Assembly (NCBI GenBank): GCA_045568075.1 | Contig: JBJLBP010000001.1 | Coordinates: 780,001 to 812,000 of the forward strand | Origin: Candidatus Thalassarchaeaceae archaeon | GTDB taxonomy: Archaea; Thermoplasmatota; Poseidoniia; Poseidoniales; Thalassarchaeaceae | DNA: 32,000 nucleotides | Direction: 5' to 3' | Part shown: positions 17,601-23,856 of the stretch, piece after piece | Numbering within the stretch: the stretch's first letter is position 1 | Layout of the letters: each line of letters opens with the position of its first letter | Made by a program: the position numbers and the translations under genes | The notes under the pieces: generated by a model | Databases searched by the model: none | Seen by the model: only the letters and a program-made list of their open reading frames with translations | Told to the model about the DNA's origin: nothing

Positions 17601-19255
17601 GAATTCTGACCTGAGGCATAATCCATTGTCCCAATTCCATCGTATTCATCGATCCATCCTTGGATTGAAGCAGAGTTTGAAGATGCTAATTCCACCCAAA
17701 TCACATCAAATCCAGTTGTAGATGGATTTGTCCCAGCGTCTTGATTGACTTTTGCGGCGTAAAGAGTACCTGCGTCTAAATTCCCTGGCGAATCTGCGAT
17801 GAACTTGAAGAGCCCAGTCCCGTATTCATCATCAGACAGGTAAACTGTCTTCCTGTCTGGCATGACTTGTGCATTCTCATGGGAAAATCTACCCATCGCA
17901 AAATGCTTCTCCAAGGTTGGAGCATTCGTATCAGCATCATCCATCTCGATTATCCAGCCATAATCGTATGGATTCGGATACTCCCCTAGATAATCAGCCA
18001 ACTCTAGTTGGTCATCGTGGTAATTGTAATTTGGATTATTCCAATCAACAGTATTAGAGAAATACAATTCCTCAGACAATAAAGGGGTCCCCCATGGACT
18101 CAAAGAACCAAAGCATAGAACCCAACCTCCATTGATTCCACTGAGATCAAGCATTTTCCCTCCCAGAATATCCCAGCTTCCTTCGAAACTATTCCATTCA
18201 ATGTGAAGTTGACTAACTCCTGCGGGTCGACTTTCCCATGTTGAGTAGAGATAGCCTTCAGTTTCTCCCGAATTTGTTGCAACAAATGCGTTGAAATCAG
18301 GCTTTTCGCTAGTGAATAATAATTCTCCATCGTCTGCTGCATAAATCCCACCAGCAACCTCTCCATTCCCTAGATTGTCACCACTCTGCAACAAGGCCTG
18401 ATAGGTTCCAACAGATGTTCTGACGCCATGCCAGATTTCTGATTGGCTACTAGAAGAAGGGAGTTCTGGGATGTCATCGGGTAAGTCATTCCAGTCAAAT
18501 CCATTGATTACTCCAATCGTGGCTTTGTAAGGGTCGTCAGGATGCATAGAGCTGACAAATAAATTCCCTAGAGAATTCACGTGTAGACCAGTAACTTCTG
18601 CTCCGTCGGGTACCATCATAATTCTCGTCAAATCGGCAGGAGTACCTTGGTCATCCTCTCCACCACCATCTCCTCCAATATTCTCGCTACCCGGAGTTGG
18701 TTGTTCTGAATTAATCCATTCAGAAACTCCATCTGATGGTATCTTTGAAACGCCGTTTGAAGCCTCTCCGGTTGTTACTTCGTGAACCACATTACCTTGG
18801 CTATCTGTTAGGAATAGAGTCTCACCGCCATTATTGATACGAAGAGTTCCGATTTCATTCTCAGCGATTATTGCGTAATCTCCAGCTTCGATGAAATAAG
18901 GGGTTGTTAATTCCTCAAATCCAACCCAACTGCTGGAATTAATCGGATGAGTCCAGCCACCAACGTCAACAATTGTCCATCCTTCTAGACTAATTTCAGA
19001 GGGTCCAGTATTGAGCAACTCCACCCATTCGCCTTGAGGGAAAATACCTTGATCTGATCCATCTGCATTTGGCATGACTTCGTTGATGCAGATGTTGCAA
19101 GATTCTGTGGATTCGGACGACTCAAATCGTGCTGATTCTACTTCGCCATCTAGGAGTTGAGGAGTCATCAATCCCGTTAGCAGCAATGCCATCACGAGCA
19201 GTGCTGTACCCCTAGTTGACCCTCGGTGCATCGCCCGCATCGTTCCTTGCTTCAC
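14660..19255 (-). CDS. Giant membrane-anchored ecto-enzyme: signal, lamin-tail domain, PhoX/DUF839-like phosphatase propeller, second lamin-tail domain, PLD-family domain with two HKD motifs, bacterial-type TSP3 repeats, TM helix and a 93-aa cytoplasmic tail
   Basis: LTD1: CINEVMPNADG...GEWVELLNTGPSEISLEGWTI. PhoX-like: MGRFSHENAQVMPDRKTVYLSDDE...GPDNLAVLNDGSLLIAEDSG. LTD2: FTRIMPSEVPNRDNDWFEITNTGDEEVSLNGWTV. HKD motifs are listed as separate features. TSP3: DSDGDLLPDFWE..DEDGLNNLDEYLLGGNPNDSDTDDD. TM: FLLGLTLIAAIALAGAGLTLV followed by KRPRIR. The start could be GTG 19255, ATG 19240 or ATG 19231. Confidence 0.85.
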   Translation of the reverse strand: MKQGTMRAMHRGSTRGTALLVMALLLTGLMTPQLLDGEVESARFESSESTESCNICINEVMPNADGSDQGIFPQGEWVELLNTGPSEISLEGWTIVDVGGWTHPINSSSWVGFEELTTPYFIEAGDYAIIAENEIGTLRINNGGETLFLTDSQGNVVHEVTTGEASNGVSKIPSDGVSEWINSEQPTPGSENIGGDGGGEDDQGTPADLTRIMMVPDGAEVTGLHVNSLGNLFVSSMHPDDPYKATIGVINGFDWNDLPDDIPELPSSSSQSEIWHGVRTSVGTYQALLQSGDNLGNGEVAGGIYAADDGELLFTSEKPDFNAFVATNSGETEGYLYSTWESRPAGVSQLHIEWNSFEGSWDILGGKMLDLSGINGGWVLCFGSLSPWGTPLLSEELYFSNTVDWNNPNYNYHDDQLELADYLGEYPNPYDYGWIIEMDDADTNAPTLEKHFAMGRFSHENAQVMPDRKTVYLSDDEYGTGLFKFIADSPGNLDAGTLYAAKVNQDAGTNPSTTGFDVIWVELASSNSASIQGWIDEYDGIGTMDYASGQNSYISDEEINDWAEHTLNDDLDGDGNIGFAADNRVAFLESRKAAAALGATVEWNKMEGVVFNENAPDYLYLAMSDIRYDMTDSSGDIRLSENRCGLIYSLEIVDNWDVNRIDPVVSGGTYSSGQCDVNNIAGPDNLAVLNDGSLLIAEDSGKHSNNMLWHWQPPSPPSDWDNEFDVKFTRIMPSEVPNRDNDWFEITNTGDEEVSLNGWTVERIRSTTPWISNFNELVIPAGESVVLTENPANLLSDGGIAALDGNVVMNNMPWLVDSGSSLQLKAPDGTVVDAIAFGGGIAEIDGWNGAAISVPGDGTPGLILMRGTGCGDYPDTDAGSDWEYRWIRIGASTFCDGGFLSTEMDSSATASISPETGFNDLLHWINQADSSIHLHVYQSMSPDLTNALLEAISRGVSVSILLEEGILDGSSTKNNQRGHAQTLHDAGATVLWMDDPSVISSPYTYIHSKVSVRDSESVWISSGNWKDSSLPPDGIGNREWSVIVNSQSFAELVLSRMAWDENQMHLHISAHSNNHAPTFDWVMEEPSFDGEITPPVYHSGPFDLRLITCPDDCVDGIIEMIDSADTSIELSVQYLDLDWYWGFGENPIIEAIHSAALRGVKVRLLLNGFYVDQDDEIRDAVQMFNTDWNATQGLDTTARIMASSDTIVKLHNKGAIIDGESVLVGSMNWGSNAALRNREMGVLIHNQELTSEYLQSFEEDWNRLDSLTDSDGDLLPDFWEIEHGLNRHSAAILGTALSEQSLDLDEDGLNNLDEYLLGGNPNDSDTDDDCILDGDEPAFAQSVMRAPSASMNSNDVDDNGVADGVQFGCDDGTGTTDPGDGDGGSDTGDGDSNNGDDDDTGGIINVRENPLSAPGAKFLLGLTLIAAIALAGAGLTLVKRPRIRTEERLIDDSGYRFDDADAERAILKGTRFDEDSVDTREWTEGRDDGVHGAIVLDGFGFEELDRDQVQWMLDKGMSIEELRDEHGEDEA
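15572..15625 (-). other. Second HKD catalytic motif
   Basis: L-H-N-K-G-A-I-I-D-GESVLV-GSMN (residues 1211-1228), a perfect HxKxxxxDxxxxxxGSxN. Confidence 0.8.
16184..16237 (-). other. First HKD (phospholipase D superfamily) catalytic motif
   Basis: I-H-S-K-V-S-V-R-D-SESVWI-SSGN (residues 1007-1024). The HxKxxxxD part is exact and the GSxN part is degenerate. Confidence 0.7.
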
Positions 19256-19362
19256 GGTTGAACCCTTCGCGCATGCGCGTGCCCGGCCGGCATAGCCGGC
19301 CGTGCCTCAACAAAGCCGACTAGCCAAACCACCGCCGTCGCCGGCGTGTTTGGCGGGCAGGC
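19256..19362 (-). other. GC-rich (75/107 = 70%) highly structured intergenic spacer, possibly a terminator, processing element or miniature repeat element
   Basis: Contains CGGCCGGC-ATA-GCCGGCCG (19284-19302, perfect 8-bp stem). Contains the palindrome GCGCATGCGC (19269-19278). Contains an imperfect hairpin GCCAAAC..GCCG-GCGA-CGGC..GTTTGGC (minus-strand reading, GNRA-type loop) at about 19323-19354. Flanking genes are AT-rich. Confidence 0.5.
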
Positions 19363-22092
19363 TCAATCTTCATCTTCGGATCTCGCGCCGTTGAGGCCGA
19401 TTGCTCCGTAGACCAACAATGAGACGCCTGCGATGTAGAGCACAGCGGTCACTATGTCGATGACCATGGTTCCTTCAAGTTCGCAGTCACCTTCTCCACC
19501 GAAATCAGTCCAGTACATTGGGTCCATATTGTCTAGAACCTTACACTTGAAAGTCTCAGCATCTTCATCAGCAATTTCAGATGCTGTGTGGATTTCGAAT
19601 ACTGGCTTTGCATCTCCTGCCTCAAAGTCAGGGTTAGTCATTCCAGCACCTCTCAAGTCTAGATAGAATCGAGATACAGACTTACCATACATTGCAACAT
19701 TTGTTGTTGGTTCGACCTTGATGTCAACATGAGATCCGAAGTAAACTGGTAATGCACCAGGTAGGACATCTACGAAACTATTGGAAGCAATTAATTTCGC
19801 CTGTATTTGATTTTCAGCAGGGTCCAAATCTACGGTGTGTTCGCGCATCGGTATTCCCTTGAAATCAGTCATTTCACCAGGTACGCTCTCTGCAATAGAA
19901 TAGCCTACTAGATTAACTGAGAATGAGTCATCAGCGTCAGCTATTCCTCCAATTGTTCCAGCAACAACCGTGTTGCTGTTACCGATATTGTCAGTCAGAA
20001 GTCCGTATGTTGCTGCCTCTCTGTGAGGGGCGCGCCATGGTAGGTGTTCGGTCATACCATAGATTTCTCCTTCATCACAGGGATAACCACCATCTGAATC
20101 AGCATCTGCAACAGTGCCATCAGCATTCAACTTGAAGTCACACTGTCCATCTCCATCAGAATTTGTGTATCCTTGCATCAGTCTCTGTCCAAGAGTTTCA
20201 TCATTAACAATACTCATCACATAGACGTCGTAATCTCCAGTGCTCAGACCATCAGGTCTGTCCTCATTCTGAGATCCAAAGTAAGTCATGTTAGTCTCTA
20301 GTTTAACCCACGAACTTTCTTCATCGTAAAGTCCTGTAAGTACTGGATCACTCCACCCATACAACCAATTTTCAATTGGTTGAGTGGTATACGGGCTTGC
20401 TCCATACTGGAATCCGAGTAGAGAACCAATTACAGATTCAAACATGAAGTCCTTCACCCAACTGCGTACAGCCGCAGCATCATTCTCAGATATGTCGTAT
20501 AGTGAAGCAACGTATGCATCATCCCAATCGGCAACAACTCCTCCCATCGCTGGTCCTTCTGCAGTCATTGGTAGTGTTATTCCTGATAATTCATTATACA
20601 TGAAAACACGAGAAAAGCTTTCGTCAGTTAGAGCATAATCAGATGTGTAAAGGATTTCTTGTACCTTCTCAATCGATAAGTCGACAGTTCCTTCATATGA
20701 TCCTTGATTCAAGCCAATTGAGATATATCCTCCAGCAAGTGGTTCTTCTCCACCAAAGGAGTGCTGCCACCATAGGTCACAATCCATCATCCCCGACCCT
20801 CCAACGAGAATCATCGGGAAATTGGTTGGTTGGCCGACCAAGCCAATCCATCCACCTGCATAATCAGATAGAGCAAGTAATTGCGTCAGGCCGATGCCGT
20901 AGTCGAGCATTGTTGTGAAGGCATCAGCGTCGGCTCCTAGAAGGAAGAGAGCAACTCCGGCTAACGGAATTCCATTGTAATCCGACATTGAGAGAAGACC
21001 ATTTGCAATCTCAGCACCTTCAACTCCGAAAATTATATTGTTGAGCGCAACAGCATTTGAGATATCGACACCAGAAACCGCATTCAAGCGCTCGCGAAGG
21101 TCTGTTACTTGAGTCAAATCTGCACCTCCACCCTGTTCTAGCCATTTAGCGCCAGCCATTGCATAAACCGACCAGTCAGTCAGGCTATCCGATGCATCGT
21201 AGCCGTAGAGAGCGGCGCGAACCGGGGTGGTCGCAGCACTCGGCTCTCCAATTCCTGCTGCTAGCATTGGACCGATGTCACAAGTAAGCGCGATACAGAC
21301 TCCAGTTGAGGGGTCGGCTGCATCGTATAGGATGCTAGCGGCGGTCGAAGAGAAATCAGGATCCATTGGGCCCGCTCCGCCGGCCGATGCATTCCATGAA
21401 TCGTAGGCGCCATCCATCACCATGACTGGCGCCATAGCGGCGGCGGTAGCTGCATCGTATCCAGCGGCTTCGAGTTGCGCAGCAACACCATCGATACTGG
21501 CACTAATTTCATCAGCGGCCCACATCGACGGAGCCTTATTTTGCAAATCATTTGCCATCATCTCATTGGCAAAACCAGCCTTGGCGAAAATTTCGCCGTA
21601 AATGATTCCAGTTGCGATGCCAGCTAGTCTCTGGGTGTTGTATAGAATATTCATATTTGTGAATTCAGTTGAACCTGGAAGTGAAGCATGTTCGTTACCC
21701 TCATCATCAGTCCATGTGCAGTTTTCACACCATTCAAAGACGTCATATTCAGAGTAAGTAACGGTTCCAGCCTCTGTATCAAGGCCAAGAAGCGTTCTGT
21801 GGGTTGTAACTTCATAGACGAATGGTCCCATCTTTTCGAATTCGGCATTTACCGCAGAATTTTCTGTTAATTCATCGACATTAGTTATTGAATAACCGAA
21901 GTAAGATCTTTCGGAAGTAGATACGCTCCATTCATCATCATAATCCTCTTCTGAATCATAACCTGCTGCAATAGTATCGCCTACTCCAGCCTCTACCTGA
22001 CCTGCCACAAATGGGGCTAAGGCCATGAAGTTCATTCCGATTAATACAAGTCCTGCAAGTGCGATTGCGGTCGCCTTTTGTCTGTCATCCAT
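19363..22092 (-). CDS. CD36 / scavenger-receptor class B (LIMP-2) family-like membrane protein with N- and C-terminal TM helices and a large insertion
   Basis: The hairpin topology is an N-terminal TM (AIALAGLVLIGMNFMALAPFVAG) plus a C-terminal TM (VIDIVTAVLYIAGVSLLVYGAIGL). Ordered matches to CD36-family motifs are FEKMGPFVYEV, GTVTYSEYDVFEW, EFTNMNIL, ENWLYGWSDPVLTGL, KGIPMREHTV, LPVYFGSHVD, RFYLDLRGAGM and KPVFEIHTASEIADEDAETFK. ATG 22092 has GGAGGT 12 nt upstream. The ORF extension to 22212 overlaps the upstream gene and adds a non-membrane leader. Confidence 0.7.
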   Translation of the reverse strand: MDDRQKATAIALAGLVLIGMNFMALAPFVAGQVEAGVGDTIAAGYDSEEDYDDEWSVSTSERSYFGYSITNVDELTENSAVNAEFEKMGPFVYEVTTHRTLLGLDTEAGTVTYSEYDVFEWCENCTWTDDEGNEHASLPGSTEFTNMNILYNTQRLAGIATGIIYGEIFAKAGFANEMMANDLQNKAPSMWAADEISASIDGVAAQLEAAGYDAATAAAMAPVMVMDGAYDSWNASAGGAGPMDPDFSSTAASILYDAADPSTGVCIALTCDIGPMLAAGIGEPSAATTPVRAALYGYDASDSLTDWSVYAMAGAKWLEQGGGADLTQVTDLRERLNAVSGVDISNAVALNNIIFGVEGAEIANGLLSMSDYNGIPLAGVALFLLGADADAFTTMLDYGIGLTQLLALSDYAGGWIGLVGQPTNFPMILVGGSGMMDCDLWWQHSFGGEEPLAGGYISIGLNQGSYEGTVDLSIEKVQEILYTSDYALTDESFSRVFMYNELSGITLPMTAEGPAMGGVVADWDDAYVASLYDISENDAAAVRSWVKDFMFESVIGSLLGFQYGASPYTTQPIENWLYGWSDPVLTGLYDEESSWVKLETNMTYFGSQNEDRPDGLSTGDYDVYVMSIVNDETLGQRLMQGYTNSDGDGQCDFKLNADGTVADADSDGGYPCDEGEIYGMTEHLPWRAPHREAATYGLLTDNIGNSNTVVAGTIGGIADADDSFSVNLVGYSIAESVPGEMTDFKGIPMREHTVDLDPAENQIQAKLIASNSFVDVLPGALPVYFGSHVDIKVEPTTNVAMYGKSVSRFYLDLRGAGMTNPDFEAGDAKPVFEIHTASEIADEDAETFKCKVLDNMDPMYWTDFGGEGDCELEGTMVIDIVTAVLYIAGVSLLVYGAIGLNGARSEDED

Positions 22093-22189
22093 AGTGCTCA
22101 CTCTACCTCCCCACGTGTGCGTATATGGGATAAGCGATTCTATCCATACGAACTGACAATATCTTCGTTTGAGATTTTGATTCGACGCC

Positions 22190-23845
22190 TCAAGCGAAAC
22201 CGAATGCGTCAATTTCGCGGGCGAATGTATAGATCATAATAGGTACCAGAATCACACCCATTCCGTGCGATCTTCGGATGCCGATTCTCGGTGCCATGAG
22301 CCCGATCATCGTGCCAATCACTAGCGTCCCCACTCCAATCCAATCTGTTGAGATCCACACAAGTATTGTGATGAAAACACTGACTCCGATTACCAGGTTT
22401 CGGAGCGGCACCAATTCGTGCATCTTTAGCATCCCCTTTCCGACCTCAATCATCACCGGTACAGCGAACAGTCCAGACGCGACAGTTATGGCGAGCAGTC
22501 TAATGAAATCGGCCGGTGGTTCGACCGCGTTCCAGATGTCTATAGGATACATCATGTTGAGTGCAAGGGCAGCTCCTGAGCGCGGTCTTCCGACCATGTA
22601 GAGGAAGCCGAGAACCATCACCGTAACCGCTGTGTTAACCGATGAAAGAATCGCGATGATTTCGAGGTCACGCTGTTGGTTATTGTTGACAAGATCTAGG
22701 TCGGGAGTTGCTCCAGCGTCGGCCAGCGCTTCTTGGAACAACTCGCGGTCTTTGAGAGGGAGTTCCTCCATCCCTTCGAAGACCATGACTTGTGGCATCG
22801 ATTCGAAGCCCGGCTGGGTGCCATGTTCGAAGTCAGCCGGGATGTAATTAGGATCGGTCAGTTTACCCCAGAAATTTCGCGCGCTCATCACCACGACAGT
22901 CGCTTGAGCAGCAGTCATCCCAGGCAGAATCGCCATCACCGACGAGACAACGGCCGACAAGAACGTCGGAACCATCAGTGGTTTAGGATCCGGCATTTCC
23001 CAATTAGGCTCCTGAGGGGGAATTTCACTCGTCGTCACGTAGATGTCAATCAGGTTAGCGATTCCAAACAATCCTGCCAAACTTGGGAATAGCAAGGATG
23101 CTGAAGGAATCCCAACTGGCGAGCGCGCAGGCAATTCGAAAACTGCCCATCCGTAGAATCCGGTAAGCAGGAAATACGCCGTAGCTACCAGAATCCCTGC
23201 AGTCCGCGAGCTCTCACCCAAACGGAAGTCGATGGCGTCGTAGCGCCTTCGGATGCTGAAACGACCCATCGGGATGGTGAACTCGATTGGTTTCTTCAAT
23301 GCCCACTTGAGCCGATTCGTCACTTTCTGAGACCACATCGGCCAAGGAAGCCGTGTTGTTTCAGTCATAATCAGAAAAATCGAGATGAAGAGCAACAACC
23401 AAGGAAGTTGGTCGCGACTCGCTTCATACAATCCTAATCCCGGATCATCGCCAAAAAGTAATCTTGCTACAATAAGCAGTGGAATCGACATCAGCATGCC
23501 CATTTGTGAGCCGCGCGCTGAGTAAGCGACTCCTTGCGCGGCCTGACCGGAAATCAACATCCGATGCCCGGGCAGAAGGGCGAGCGCCATGTTATCATCA
23601 GGAGCACCTACCAAGGCGCTCGGAATATAATTCAGGAAAGTATGGACAGTCCCACAGGCCACAATAATCCCCGCTACAGCGTCCAGCGGGATGCCTATCC
23701 CTACAGCGACTGGGGAAAGTGAGAGAGCGATTAGGGCGACGTTATTGACGTGGAAGCCAGGAATCAAGCCCGTTAAGCAACCGAGAAATATTCCGAAAAC
23801 GAATGACCCGATTAGCCACGCATAATCAATCATCCACGGGTCCAC
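22190..23845 (-). CDS. TctA-family / DUF112 polytopic membrane permease-like protein
   Basis: At least 10 hydrophobic helices. GCLTGLIPGFHVNNVALIAL and a second ILPGMTAAQATVVV copy the TctA G..PG(l/i)g motif. HTFLNYIPSALVGAPDDNMALALLPGHRMLISGQAAQGVAYSARGS parallels the TctA IL.NIPGE....T.LDGY.M...GRAG.AL pattern. GTG 23845 lies 3 nt after a GAGGTGAT box. Confidence 0.65.
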   Translation of the reverse strand: MDPWMIDYAWLIGSFVFGIFLGCLTGLIPGFHVNNVALIALSLSPVAVGIGIPLDAVAGIIVACGTVHTFLNYIPSALVGAPDDNMALALLPGHRMLISGQAAQGVAYSARGSQMGMLMSIPLLIVARLLFGDDPGLGLYEASRDQLPWLLLFISIFLIMTETTRLPWPMWSQKVTNRLKWALKKPIEFTIPMGRFSIRRRYDAIDFRLGESSRTAGILVATAYFLLTGFYGWAVFELPARSPVGIPSASLLFPSLAGLFGIANLIDIYVTTSEIPPQEPNWEMPDPKPLMVPTFLSAVVSSVMAILPGMTAAQATVVVMSARNFWGKLTDPNYIPADFEHGTQPGFESMPQVMVFEGMEELPLKDRELFQEALADAGATPDLDLVNNNQQRDLEIIAILSSVNTAVTVMVLGFLYMVGRPRSGAALALNMMYPIDIWNAVEPPADFIRLLAITVASGLFAVPVMIEVGKGMLKMHELVPLRNLVIGVSVFITILVWISTDWIGVGTLVIGTMIGLMAPRIGIRRSHGMGVILVPIMIYTFAREIDAFGFA

Positions 23846-23848
23846 GGA

Positions 23849-23856
23849 ATCACCTC
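23849..23856 (-). promoter_or_regulatory. Shine-Dalgarno box (GAGGTGAT) overlapping the stop codon of the upstream gene
   Basis: The minus strand reads cgcTGAGGTGATtccGTG. The box is complementary to the canonical archaeal 16S 3' end AUCACCUC. The TGA of the 532-aa gene lies inside it, and GTG 23845 follows after 3 nt. Confidence 0.55.

Noticed and set aside
22093-22212. N-terminal 40-codon extension of the CD36-like ORF (MTHSVSLEASNQ...)
   Set aside because: It overlaps the end of the upstream gene by 23 nt and precedes the obvious N-terminal TM anchor with a non-membrane leader. The internal ATG 22092 has a GGAGGT box 12 nt upstream.
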